Sequence record: LC768500.1
Reading direction: 5' to 3' (one strand)
DNA length: 64,000 nucleotides
Source of the DNA: Klebsiella phage phiKp_32
The notes under the pieces are model-generated. The model was given only the letters and a program-made list of their open reading frames with translations. It had not been told where the DNA came from and ran no database searches. This document shows, one piece after another, positions 48,792 through 58,259 of the stretch. The position numbers and the translations under genes were made by a program. How positions within the stretch are numbered: the stretch's first letter is position 1; the number at the start of each line of letters is the position of its first letter.

Positions 48792-49241
48792 ATGCAATTA
48801 GATAACATTTGGTTTTTCGGTATAGACGCAGAAGATCTAGAAAATTTTAAAGCGATCTTTACCGTAGAAGGGTTAAAGGAACCCTTTGATTTTAATTTCA
48901 TTCCCTTCACCATTTCGCCTCAGTCGATGGTCGCTCACACTAAAGAACTGACGATCACGCTTTACCCCGTTAAAGAGAAAATTTTATTAAACGGTAAAGT
49001 AGAACAAACGATCTTTAAAGGTTCCGACGGAAGGTTGTATTTTAACCTGGGTTCGATTATCCAGGTGATGAATAGCCAAATAGCCGCCTTTGTAGCCAAA
49101 TCCTTTTCTGGGTTTAATAAACTAGGCTGGTTTATTAAAGAGATCGACGGAAGTTTTATCCTATTCAACGTCCAGAGCTTCAGTGACGAGGGGTTGATTA
49201 AACTGTATCGATCCTCTAGCGTAACCGATAGCTCTAATTAA
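48792..49241 (+). CDS. Hypothetical protein
   Basis: ATG after tttaggaaaaaatatcATG. Confidence 0.5.
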   Translation: MQLDNIWFFGIDAEDLENFKAIFTVEGLKEPFDFNFIPFTISPQSMVAHTKELTITLYPVKEKILLNGKVEQTIFKGSDGRLYFNLGSIIQVMNSQIAAFVAKSFSGFNKLGWFIKEIDGSFILFNVQSFSDEGLIKLYRSSSVTDSSN

Positions 49242-49250
49242 GGAAACCCT

Positions 49251-49442
49251 ATGGTAATCTCAAACGCTGTTATCGTGTTGGTGGTTTGGCTCACCGTTAT
49301 CCCTCTCCTAATCTGGGAGACGCGTAACGACGGTTACAAGCCGTTGAAGCGCTATATCTTCATCGTCATATGGCCTATCTCTGCGGTAGGGATATTTTTA
49401 CATATCGTCTGGCAACTCCTGAAATATAAAGGATGGAAATAA
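49251..49442 (+). CDS. Small membrane protein
   Basis: MVISNAVIVLVVWLTVIPLLIW ... IWPISAVGIFLHIVW. Confidence 0.45.
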   Translation: MVISNAVIVLVVWLTVIPLLIWETRNDGYKPLKRYIFIVIWPISAVGIFLHIVWQLLKYKGWK

Positions 49443-49789
49443 TGGGAATATTCTACACCGGATTAATCCTTATTGCCGGCCTTTTATTCGGGGTGGGATA
49501 CTTGCTCTTTAAAAAGAGAAAAGACCCGCAGCTGGTATACTGGGACGACTGGATAAAACTTCATTGGAAGAAGTTTTTAATTGTCTTAATGATCTCGCTG
49601 GGTGCTTATACTCTAATTTGTATCAAGCCCCTTTACCACACAACCAAATGTTATTTCTACGGTAAAACGTATAAGACATACACCGAATACAGTTGGATTA
49701 TTGGTGAGTGTTTGTATAAAGGTAAGACTGGGGCAATGTTGCCTTTGCAGATCACTCGGGATAATCCAGACGGAGACGTCGAGGAGTAG
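49433..49789 (+). CDS. Small membrane protein
   Basis: MEIMGIFYTGLILIAGLLFGVGYLLF; second TM LIVLMISLGAYTLICI. Confidence 0.45.
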   Translation: MEIMGIFYTGLILIAGLLFGVGYLLFKKRKDPQLVYWDDWIKLHWKKFLIVLMISLGAYTLICIKPLYHTTKCYFYGKTYKTYTEYSWIIGECLYKGKTGAMLPLQITRDNPDGDVEE

Positions 49790-49792
49790 AAC

Positions 49793-50230
49793 ATGATTTG
49801 GGTAAAACAAGCCTGTTCGTTATGGTACGAAAAAAGAACATTGAAAGACTGGGGTGAGATCCTCACTTTTATTAGTATGTTCTGTCTGATTGTAACACTA
49901 TGTGCAAGTTTTGCAACTAGTTCTGTTCTTTGGCTAACATTGTGCGCGATCAATATAGTGCTGATGATTTCTTTAGGGCCTTTGTTCGACTGGTTACACA
50001 AAAACAAATCCACGATCGTAATGAGGGTAGAGCGCGAAAGGATGTTAAAAGATCCTTTCGATAGCATGATCCACGCTTATCTGGAAACAGACGGCTCTGA
50101 TATTGAAGAACTGTTGGACGTACTGCGAATGGACTCGTTTACGTTACACAATCAAATTAAAAACACGGAGCTTAAAAGTAGGGTGTCTGACGCTATCGCC
50201 AAGATGCAGCGAAAACAAAGCTCAAATTAA
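49793..50230 (+). CDS. Membrane protein
   Basis: Hydrophobic FISMFCLIVTLCASFATSSVLWLTLCAINIVLMISLGPLF. Confidence 0.45.
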   Translation: MIWVKQACSLWYEKRTLKDWGEILTFISMFCLIVTLCASFATSSVLWLTLCAINIVLMISLGPLFDWLHKNKSTIVMRVERERMLKDPFDSMIHAYLETDGSDIEELLDVLRMDSFTLHNQIKNTELKSRVSDAIAKMQRKQSSN

Positions 50231-50242
50231 TTAGGAAAACAA

Positions 50243-51106
50243 ATGAAAACAGCAGAACAACAGTATTTGGATTTAGGGTCTCGCATTGTCGAAGAAGGTG
50301 TGTGGGTAGAAAACAAACGAACCGGCGTTCGTTGCCTAACTGTGGCCAATGAAACTCTTCATTACGACGTGGAAAATGGTTCAACTCCTGTTCTCTCCAC
50401 TCGCCCCGTCCCTTATAAAGGAGGGTTAGGGGAATTCATCGCTTACCTGCAAGGGAAAGGGAACGCTGCTGAATTCCGCGAACTGGGCTCCAACACCTGG
50501 AACTCCAATGCCAACGAGAACGAAACCTGGTTGAAAAATCCTAACCGTAAAGGCGAGGATGACATGGGTCGAGTCTATGGCGTTCAAGGTCGAGATTGGA
50601 CTAACCAATTCGGTGCTAAGTTAGACCAGCTGAAGAAAATCATCGACAATCTTAATCGAGGTATTGATGATCGCGGAGAGATTCTGACTTTCTGGAATCC
50701 CGGGGAATTTGAATATGGGTGTTTGCGTCCTTGTATGCACACGCACCAGTTTACCTTACTCGGTAATAAACTCCACCTCACCTCGGTGCAAAGAAGCTTC
50801 GATTGGGCGTTAGGCGGACCGGCAAATATGCTTCAATGTTATTTCTTCTTACAGCTGATGGCTCAGGTCACGGGACATATCGCCGGTCAGGTCACTCATC
50901 ACGTGGTCAACGCGCATATCTACGAGAACCAGCTGGAGTTGGCTAAAGAGCAACTCAAAAGAACTCCTCACCGAACAGATACTCAGTTCTGGGTTAATCC
51001 AAATATCCGCACCCTGGAAGATATCGATAAGATGACTAAGCACGACGTCAAACTTATCGGTTACTTCAGCGACTACGACCCGATCAAATATCCGTTTACG
51101 GTGTAA
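50243..51106 (+). CDS. td: Thymidylate synthase (ThyA-type), uninterrupted
   Basis: GVQGRDWTN, catalytic LRPCMHTHQF, DWALGGPANMLQCYF, NAHIYENQ. Confidence 0.9.
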   Translation: MKTAEQQYLDLGSRIVEEGVWVENKRTGVRCLTVANETLHYDVENGSTPVLSTRPVPYKGGLGEFIAYLQGKGNAAEFRELGSNTWNSNANENETWLKNPNRKGEDDMGRVYGVQGRDWTNQFGAKLDQLKKIIDNLNRGIDDRGEILTFWNPGEFEYGCLRPCMHTHQFTLLGNKLHLTSVQRSFDWALGGPANMLQCYFFLQLMAQVTGHIAGQVTHHVVNAHIYENQLELAKEQLKRTPHRTDTQFWVNPNIRTLEDIDKMTKHDVKLIGYFSDYDPIKYPFTV

Positions 51107-51126
51107 CTCGCAATAAAACAAAAACT

Positions 51127-51157
51127 TTATCCTACCTGGGAATCCCAGGTAGGATAA
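51127..51157 (+). terminator. Hairpin ttatcctacctggg aat cccaggtaggataa + T-run
   Basis: 14-bp inverted repeat with TCCTAC core followed by tttatctttttt. Confidence 0.7.
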
Positions 51158-51247
51158 ATAAAGTTTATCTTTTTTGGATGACGTTGCCCTCGGCTTTACG
51201 TTTGGTAAAATGAGAGGATCCGCAGAGTCGGACGAAAGGAAATCACT

Positions 51248-52243
51248 ATGAATAGTGTGGAAACGATTTTTAACCATTTAGAATTAAAAACATACCGATC
51301 GTTGTCTTATAACGATAGTGTTAAAATGCTTTACGAAAGATTAAAAGAAAAGGTAAAGGAAGACCCTACATTTGAACTATGGGTTCCCCTTAAATTAAGA
51401 AGTCACAGGTGGTCCCAACAAGAATACGCCAAGTCCGAGTTCATCCAAACCGATTTTGTTCTAGTGAGCAACTTAGGTGGGATCTATCGAAAAGAAGGCC
51501 CCCATAAAGGAATTCGACCCCTTAATCATCAGTTACGGGGGTATAGTTCAAGATCTTTTAAAATTGAAAATATAGTGGTCCATAGTGTCTTACACAGGAT
51601 AGTCGCATCGTGCTTCGTCCCGGTTCCGGATGAATTGTTACATGTGGACTCTGACGATCTACAAGTTAATCATAAAAATGGAATTAAATCACAGAGTGAT
51701 TTTTTAAATTTGGAATGGTGTACGCATTCACAAAACATCAAACACGCCGCCGATACCGGACTTAGACATTATAGGCGAGGTTTTGAAAATAAAAACTGCA
51801 AACCTGTTCTGGGAACTGTGGTCATAGAAGGAAAATATAAAGGCTTTAAATTTATAGTCGCCGGATCTTCTGAAATGAAAGAGATGTTGGGTTCTCAAGA
51901 TTCAACAACTCACATTTATGCGGTGCTTAAAGGCACCAGGAAAGAATGTAAAGGGTGTAGTTGGAGATATGCGACATTAGAAGATATCCAAGAATTATCC
52001 GGAGTCGTCCCCCCAAGTGAACTAATCGAATTAATAAAGGAGTACAATCCGATTAAAAAGGGGATCTTTATAGGTTCAAAGGAGGGACACCCCGACTTAA
52101 TATTTAAAACTTATAAAGAAGCGGAAGAACAGGGGTTTTCACCAAAGACTATAAATAAGTGTATCGGCGGTAAACTTAAAACCTATCGTGGGTACGCCTT
52201 CCGCATTAGATCTCTCGACGATTCAAAAACACTCACTTCATGA
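51248..52243 (+). CDS. HNH homing endonuclease (free-standing, immediately downstream of td)
   Basis: LHVDSDDLQVNHKNGIKSQSDFLNLEWCTHSQN (HNH motif with N-H-K-N-G). Confidence 0.75.
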   Translation: MNSVETIFNHLELKTYRSLSYNDSVKMLYERLKEKVKEDPTFELWVPLKLRSHRWSQQEYAKSEFIQTDFVLVSNLGGIYRKEGPHKGIRPLNHQLRGYSSRSFKIENIVVHSVLHRIVASCFVPVPDELLHVDSDDLQVNHKNGIKSQSDFLNLEWCTHSQNIKHAADTGLRHYRRGFENKNCKPVLGTVVIEGKYKGFKFIVAGSSEMKEMLGSQDSTTHIYAVLKGTRKECKGCSWRYATLEDIQELSGVVPPSELIELIKEYNPIKKGIFIGSKEGHPDLIFKTYKEAEEQGFSPKTINKCIGGKLKTYRGYAFRIRSLDDSKTLTS

Positions 52244-52610
52244 TCACATTCCCGACCGCTCTTTTTCTTGTAAAATGAGGTTCGCCAAATAGGCGAACCG
52301 CCCAATAAATTACAAGCCAGTAGCGCCAGCTGAGTTTTAAACGATAACGCATATTGTCTCGGAAGAGATTGTCACACTCTTTCCTTTCGTATAACCCCGA
52401 ACCATACATGTAATCGTGCACAGCTGCAGCCGGGAAATATTTATAGTAAGCTGGGTATAAACCCTGTAGCCAACGAGGAACACTCGCCCCGTCCGTTACC
52501 AAGCCTTTAGGGACAGTGACTTCTGGGGTCGGGTAATCTTCTCTGAACCGAAATTTATCTTCAGCTATAACGTAGTCAAGCGGGATGTCGGTAAAACTAA
52601 ATTCTTCCAT
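52233..52610 (-). CDS. DUF1353-family protein
   Basis: VPKGLVTDGASVPRWLQGLYP...AAAVHDYMYGSG matches the conserved TDGASVP / HDYxY core; only minus-strand gene in the 17-64 kb run. Confidence 0.65.
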   Translation of the reverse strand: MEEFSFTDIPLDYVIAEDKFRFREDYPTPEVTVPKGLVTDGASVPRWLQGLYPAYYKYFPAAAVHDYMYGSGLYERKECDNLFRDNMRYRLKLSWRYWLVIYWAVRLFGEPHFTRKRAVGNVIMK

Positions 52611-52732
52611 TTCGCTATTCTCTGAATTAGTTAGTAATAAACGATCATAGCATTTTAGACTTTCGACACATAGAAGTTTTCAGTTCTATATTACCTTTAT
52701 GTAAACACAACCTATCATTAAGGAAAGGCATC

Positions 52733-53278
52733 GTGAAACTCGTTAATCAAAAAGTTTATATTGTTAAGCCAGGCGATACGCTGTCAGAGATAGCAAACCA
52801 TTTTTGCGGAACTCCTGCTATCGGATACGACATAGCCGAGGACAACGGCATTATCAACGCTGGACTTATCTACTCCGGACAAAGGATTTGGATAAGAGAG
52901 GAATTCCTAAAGGAGGAATTTCGTCATGGGGTTAAAGATGAAATTTCCATAACGCCCATTCGCAGCGGTGGATTAATAAAAATAACCGAAGACCTCGTTG
53001 TTAAAAGTTTTGCTGGGATTAACATCACAGAAGCTGATTTCTGCGGTCCAAAAACTCGCGAGCTTGGGATCTTCGAGGGTTTCTTTTACGTGGTGTCCTC
53101 AAAAGAGGAGCTGAACCGCGTCCCGGGAATCATTGCGGTTAACAACAAAGGATCTTATTTCTTTCTGGCATTGGATGACGCCGGCCGCGTAGCGTCGTTT
53201 TATCCAGCTGAACGATTTGACATGGGGTTTATGGTTAGTGTAAAGGGCGCTTTACAATTATTGAAGACATTACCCTAA
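52733..53278 (+). CDS. LysM-domain protein with unknown C-terminal domain (GTG start)
   Basis: YIVKPGDTLSEIANHF...IAEDNGIINAGLIYSGQRIWI matches the LysM consensus. Confidence 0.55.
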   Translation: MKLVNQKVYIVKPGDTLSEIANHFCGTPAIGYDIAEDNGIINAGLIYSGQRIWIREEFLKEEFRHGVKDEISITPIRSGGLIKITEDLVVKSFAGINITEADFCGPKTRELGIFEGFFYVVSSKEELNRVPGIIAVNNKGSYFFLALDDAGRVASFYPAERFDMGFMVSVKGALQLLKTLP

Positions 53279-53324
53279 TTAACCATAAGAAATAACATCA
53301 AGATAAAATCCAACTGAGGACTGC

Positions 53325-53735
53325 ATGAAAAAGATTGTTTTATATTTATTCCCTCGATCTTCGCTCATCCCACCCATGAGCGTTCCGCATGTTCGTAAGG
53401 CCGACCTCCTAAAAGAGTTGGAAGATGTTGACGGATGGATCTCGGATATACAAGAGATCGCGGAGCTCGGTATCGAGGTTCGACAGCACGAATTCCTGAT
53501 TACCGATGACGGATTTAACGTTATCGCCAAAGAGTGGGAAGTTCACTTTAACGATCCCGACATTTATAGCATGCTCGAAGTATACGGGCTTCCAAAGAAT
53601 GTACGGGATAAAATTATCATCGGACTGAAAGAAATTAAGGAATTATTTACGTCGAGGGTTTGTTCGTTCCTCTCGGTGATTCCTGAAGAAACGATGGTTT
53701 TAATCGAAGCTCAACCCGTCGAAGAAGACGAATAA
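53325..53735 (+). CDS. Acidic small protein, paralog 1
   Basis: VDGWISDIQEIAELGIEVRQHEFLI; ends PVEEDE. Confidence 0.5.
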   Translation: MKKIVLYLFPRSSLIPPMSVPHVRKADLLKELEDVDGWISDIQEIAELGIEVRQHEFLITDDGFNVIAKEWEVHFNDPDIYSMLEVYGLPKNVRDKIIIGLKEIKELFTSRVCSFLSVIPEETMVLIEAQPVEEDE

Positions 53736-53752
53736 CTTTAGGATTTAACATC

Positions 53753-54130
53753 ATGTATGAGGTTACTGTTTACCATTGCTCCAGACAAGAACTGGAAAAG
53801 AAAGATCAGGATTTCTTCGAAGACCTGACCAAGAACGAAGGTTGGGTAGAAGACATTGAAGATATTGAAATGGCGCTGGGTTCCAGGGAGGATTGCATTG
53901 AAGGTCAAGAATTCAGATTACCCGTCTCTGCTTTAGATATCCTGGAAATGAAATGGGAGGGGCGTTTTGACTCTGGCATTTGCATGTGTTCCGCCATTTA
54001 CTATTTCTCGCCTGAATGCATTGAATCCGTATGTCGCGATCTTTCCGATCATGGTACTCGGGAGGCCGCTCTCTTAGCAGAGTACCTGCAGGGCATCCCC
54101 GATACCGAAATTGTCGTTATCGAAATCTAA
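53753..54130 (+). CDS. Acidic small protein, paralog 2
   Basis: NEGWVEDIEDIEMALGSREDCIEGQEFRL alignable with 53325; very D/E-rich. Confidence 0.5.
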   Translation: MYEVTVYHCSRQELEKKDQDFFEDLTKNEGWVEDIEDIEMALGSREDCIEGQEFRLPVSALDILEMKWEGRFDSGICMCSAIYYFSPECIESVCRDLSDHGTREAALLAEYLQGIPDTEIVVIEI

Positions 54131-54194
54131 TTGCTGTGTAGTTGTGGTAGTTCTTTTGGGGGCCTTCGGGCCCTCCTTTTTTAAGGAAAGTGAA

Positions 54195-54635
54195 ATGCGG
54201 GAAGACAGAAATATTTATCGTAACACAGCTTATATCAACGATCGATATGAGAGGATAGACGACGCAATAGAAGTAACACTATTTTCTTTTTCGACGTTTG
54301 AAATAGAGCAGGAAATCGTGTTTGAGTGGGTCAAGAAGAATCCTGCTATCAAGCTCGAACTTTATCGAGGTCTGAGTGATAAAGATTCACCAGTAAATAT
54401 CTGCGGGTCCGTTACTAATATAAGGATCAACCCCCTAGATTTCAAAGTCACCGGTACGCTTCGACCCGAAGGAAGAATGCGCAAAATACTGGCGGATACC
54501 ATCGATCGGTATCAGCCCGTTACCATTAACATGCGAGGGATATTTGATTTTAGACATTCCGTTTATCGTTGTACTGAAATCAAAGGCCTGGTGTTAATGT
54601 CTGACTTTAGCGCCTATCGTAAAAGGAGTATTTAA
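54195..54635 (+). CDS. Hypothetical protein
   Basis: ATG after ttaaggaaagtgaaATG; preceded by a terminator-like hairpin at 54157-54181. Confidence 0.45.
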   Translation: MREDRNIYRNTAYINDRYERIDDAIEVTLFSFSTFEIEQEIVFEWVKKNPAIKLELYRGLSDKDSPVNICGSVTNIRINPLDFKVTGTLRPEGRMRKILADTIDRYQPVTINMRGIFDFRHSVYRCTEIKGLVLMSDFSAYRKRSI

Positions 54636-54723
54636 CTTCCATAATTTTTTAAATCGATATTATTTAAGTGTCTCAAACAAAAACTTTTTAGGTTGTTTTA
54701 ACATCACTTAGGAGTACGCCCGT

Positions 54724-55098
54724 ATGCGTTATCAACATTTTTCTATCGCCTCTTCCAAAGAAGCATTTTCCATTCGTCTTTCTTACATCCTGCAACATCT
54801 GAACAAAACAGAAACTCAGCGCTCCATCGCGGAGTATTGTGGGGTGAGTACGAGCACCATCTCCGCCATCTGCAACGAGCACGTCCAGTACGTATCCCTC
54901 AATACGCTGATGAAAATCGCGGATAAACTGAAACTTAACTACGAGGTTGTCTTTAAAGGCAATCGCGGTAAAGTGAGTAACTTTGTTACCGTTGAATCCG
55001 CCGTGGATTACATGAAGCTCGGCAAGTTGAACCCCGTTCGTAAAAATGTGATGAAGGGTAACTCCCCCGCATTTAAAGGACGGGTGGCGACGCATTAA
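54724..55098 (+). CDS. XRE/Cro-like HTH transcriptional regulator
   Basis: ETQRSIAEYCGVSTSTISAICN...VSLNTLMKIADKLKL (helix-turn-helix with the characteristic GVS.STIS). Confidence 0.55.
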   Translation: MRYQHFSIASSKEAFSIRLSYILQHLNKTETQRSIAEYCGVSTSTISAICNEHVQYVSLNTLMKIADKLKLNYEVVFKGNRGKVSNFVTVESAVDYMKLGKLNPVRKNVMKGNSPAFKGRVATH

Positions 55099-55159
55099 TC
55101 ATGGTGGGAGTCCGCAAGGGCTCCCACGCTATTTATTAATTTATTTTTTAGGATAAAAC

Positions 55160-55717
55160 ATGACCATTATCGTAGGGGTTGTAAAAGAAAAATCGTTAAG
55201 TGCGGACCGTTATATACTGGATTACAAGCAGATCAACAAAACAGTATCTTCGGTTTCACGCTACACCGAGAGTAAACTAAAAATATCTCCGGACAATCAT
55301 TTTTGTTATGTCTTCTGTGGCGAACAAAAAGAAGAGATTGTTCCATTGGTTCTTAACTATTTACTCAGATTCGAAAAAGGTCTGGTAAAGGAAGACGAAT
55401 TTATTCATTGCGGACTTAAATCCTGCGACTCCCTCATTGTGATGTCCGCGAGACATTTTTACTCAATTCAGTTAAATGAAAAACAGGGTGTTTTAGAAGT
55501 TCAAATTCGTTTAGATGGCGCAGTCACCTATCCTTTTTTAAACAACCATATGGTCGCCGGTCTCGATCTCCCAGGGGAAGTAATTCGTCAAGCACTGATG
55601 GAAGCCAATTTCATTCTCCACACCGATGAAAATGAAGTTGACGTGGTCCATCAAAAAGACCTCACTCTTATTAAGAAAGCCACCAAAAAGGAAATTAAAA
55701 ATGCTCTTTTATCTTAA
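55160..55717 (+). CDS. Hypothetical protein
   Basis: 185-aa ORF after ttttttaggataaaacATG. Confidence 0.5.
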   Translation: MTIIVGVVKEKSLSADRYILDYKQINKTVSSVSRYTESKLKISPDNHFCYVFCGEQKEEIVPLVLNYLLRFEKGLVKEDEFIHCGLKSCDSLIVMSARHFYSIQLNEKQGVLEVQIRLDGAVTYPFLNNHMVAGLDLPGEVIRQALMEANFILHTDENEVDVVHQKDLTLIKKATKKEIKNALLS

Positions 55718-56159
55718 CAAGCGGGTTATCGTTGACAGCGTAGCAAACGTCTTTATGTTAGCGGACGATACTCCTCACGTCGAGTTCTTATTGGATGGTG
55801 ACAAACGATGGGCTTTCATTCCCTATCATGAAAATAACGACAATACGTTATCCGCAGCCATCTCGGTGAATGAACACGGTGTTTGTTATAATGCGTATTT
55901 CAACTATAAAACGTTAAGTCTCGATCGTCGTATTCCGTTACCCTCTAATTTGTTAAAAGCCTTTCAAACAGGGGGAGACTCCGACTACTGTAACAACATG
56001 CACGTCGCTAAGGCCGCTTTCTATTACCATAACTGCACCTTTGACGAATTCCAAGCGCTGCTAAACAAATCAGGTCGGGGGTACAAAATGTTTGATTTAT
56101 TAACAGTCTCTAAAAGACTTAAGGCGATGCAACCGGAACAATTTAACTGGGTTATTTAA
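55701..56159 (+). CDS. Hypothetical protein
   Basis: Start MLFYLNKR overlaps the upstream end. Confidence 0.45.
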   Translation: MLFYLNKRVIVDSVANVFMLADDTPHVEFLLDGDKRWAFIPYHENNDNTLSAAISVNEHGVCYNAYFNYKTLSLDRRIPLPSNLLKAFQTGGDSDYCNNMHVAKAAFYYHNCTFDEFQALLNKSGRGYKMFDLLTVSKRLKAMQPEQFNWVI

Positions 56160-56249
56160 AACCAAGATTCCTATTATACGTTAAAGAATTTTGGATCTAT
56201 ATCACCGTCTTGATGCACTAACCATAATCTTTTTAGGAGTATTAACATC

Positions 56250-57827
56250 GTGAACGTTCGTGGCGTAAAAGTAAAAGCAGAAACCCGTCAAATTATTGAT
56301 AACACCGTAGAGCTCGTTGCAACCGCGGTAACCTCGACCATGGGCCCTAACGGCAAGCTGGTTGTTATTGACGAAACGGGTAATCCTAAAATGACCAAGG
56401 ATGGGGTGACGGTAGCGCGCTCTATCCGTTTGGATGATCGCGCAATGGACATCATCGCCAAGATGATCACCGAAGCCTCAATCAAAACGGATGCCGAATG
56501 TGGCGATGGGACCACCACCACCGTATTCTTAACAAGAGCGTTTTATAACGCCTTTAAAGATAAACTGGATTTCATGACCAAACGCCGGGTGGAAGAGTTA
56601 ACGAAAGAAACGATCGAAATGCTCAAAGGAATGACGAAGGTTATTTCTCTTGATAGCCCAGTCCTTCACAATCTGGCGTTAACAACCAGTAATAACGATC
56701 TGGATATCGTGAATAAGCTCTACGATATCTTTAAGACCATACCCGATCCCATGATTGATTATCGTCGGGGCGTAACAGGTATTGACGAGATCGAATACAG
56801 TAAGGGCAAGGAATTCACAGGCGGGTACGCGCACCCTACTTTCACTAAAGATGGAAGTGGAAGCCCGATTACGATCGAATCGGGTTATGCGTGCATCTTT
56901 GAAGGGAAGTTCAGTATTCCAGATGACGAGTCGGAATTCCTGAGGCTCTTCGATGAGATCACTAAAAGGGGATATCGTCAGACTATCGTTATCGCACGTG
57001 AATTCGACGAACACACCCTGATGGTGATGAACAAAATGAATCACGTTATGCTGAAGCAGAAACTGGTGGAGGAACCCGTTTTCATTCCTGTGCGGGTTCA
57101 GGCTATCGGAACAGCGGGAGTGGGGATCATTGGAGATATTGCAACCGTACTGGGGTTAAGTCCTGATGTGGACTATTTAGGTTGGAAGTCTCGTGACTAT
57201 GAGGTACACTGTATTGAAAACATTACGGTAAAGGGCGCGGCATTCTTCGTGGGTAGTGTATCTGATGAAGTCTCGGAACGCACAGTAAAGCGCATCGGGC
57301 AAATTAAAGATCAAATCGATAACTTGCCAGCTGCTCAGAAACACACGCCTTTGGCGAAGATCCTGAGACACCGTATCTCTACTCTGATGGGTAACCGAGT
57401 GACTGTAACCGTTGGAGGAGAAACCGCTTCCGACATCAAAGAACGACTGGATCGATTTGAAGACGTCGGTCGGGCTATCGCATCAGCGTTAACTAACGGC
57501 GTCCTTCCGGGCATTGGTTATTCATTGGCTTATGTTGGTAGTGAGCTGGTGAAGAAATATCCTGACGATTCTATAGTGAAACTGTACGCCGATGTATTGG
57601 GCGAGCAGCTTCACATGTTGATGGGTCGGGAATTCAATGATCCTGAATTAGTCTATGTCAATCTGGCTACTGGGGAAACCGGTAAGCATCCTCAAGACAT
57701 CAACGTCTGGGATGCGCAGTTAGCCACAGTCACTGCGTTAAGGGCCGGTGTCAGCACTGCTATCTCTTTGGCGAGCACCGATACGTTAATTATCGGTAGT
57801 CGTGCGGGTGGTGCAGATATTCCCTGA
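56250..57827 (+). CDS. groEL: GroEL-like chaperonin (Cpn60 family), GTG start
   Basis: MGPNGKLVVIDETGNPKMTKDGVTVARSI...AECGDGTTTTVFLTRAF parallels GroEL GPKGRNVVL...TKDGVSVAREI...AGDGTTTATVLA; 525 aa. Confidence 0.85.
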   Translation: MNVRGVKVKAETRQIIDNTVELVATAVTSTMGPNGKLVVIDETGNPKMTKDGVTVARSIRLDDRAMDIIAKMITEASIKTDAECGDGTTTTVFLTRAFYNAFKDKLDFMTKRRVEELTKETIEMLKGMTKVISLDSPVLHNLALTTSNNDLDIVNKLYDIFKTIPDPMIDYRRGVTGIDEIEYSKGKEFTGGYAHPTFTKDGSGSPITIESGYACIFEGKFSIPDDESEFLRLFDEITKRGYRQTIVIAREFDEHTLMVMNKMNHVMLKQKLVEEPVFIPVRVQAIGTAGVGIIGDIATVLGLSPDVDYLGWKSRDYEVHCIENITVKGAAFFVGSVSDEVSERTVKRIGQIKDQIDNLPAAQKHTPLAKILRHRISTLMGNRVTVTVGGETASDIKERLDRFEDVGRAIASALTNGVLPGIGYSLAYVGSELVKKYPDDSIVKLYADVLGEQLHMLMGREFNDPELVYVNLATGETGKHPQDINVWDAQLATVTALRAGVSTAISLASTDTLIIGSRAGGADIP

Positions 57828-57869
57828 TACATTTTAGGGGAAGGAAACTTCCCCATTGGGAGAATTTTT

Positions 57870-58127
57870 ATGGACGTTAGCACTTCGTCAATTAAAAATT
57901 CTAATAATAGACAACATAATAATTACAGCGATTCATCCTCCGCTCCGATTCAATTGGATCGTTCGGGGGAAATTATCGACACCAGAACTAAGCTAACGGT
58001 TACTGGTGAAATTCCTCTTCGAAAGTTACCTACTTTCTCAAACCCACCGCAAAGAACAATAAGAGACGATAAAAAACCTTCATCACTCTGGGGGATGGTT
58101 AGAGCTCTGTTCTTTGTATTCATGTGA
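57870..58127 (+). CDS. Hypothetical protein
   Basis: 85-aa ORF. Confidence 0.4.
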   Translation: MDVSTSSIKNSNNRQHNNYSDSSSAPIQLDRSGEIIDTRTKLTVTGEIPLRKLPTFSNPPQRTIRDDKKPSSLWGMVRALFFVFM

Positions 58128-58129
58128 TA

Positions 58130-58160
58130 CTATTCCTCTACCCACGTGGGTAGAGGAATA
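58130..58160 (+). terminator. Hairpin tattcctctaccc acg tgggtagaggaata + T-runs
   Basis: 14-bp perfect inverted repeat followed by cttttttatttttt. Confidence 0.75.
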
Positions 58161-58259
58161 ATAACGCTTTTTTATTTTTTAAGGTTATCTCACTCATGGC
58201 TAAAATTTATTTCACTTACTCTTCTATTGTATAGTAGAAACGCTTATGGGGAAATAGAA

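Noticed and set aside
50243-51247. Group I intron in td, as in T4
   Set aside because: The ThyA ORF is continuous and complete (PCMH catalytic motif through C-terminus). The HNH gene is free-standing downstream rather than intron-embedded.
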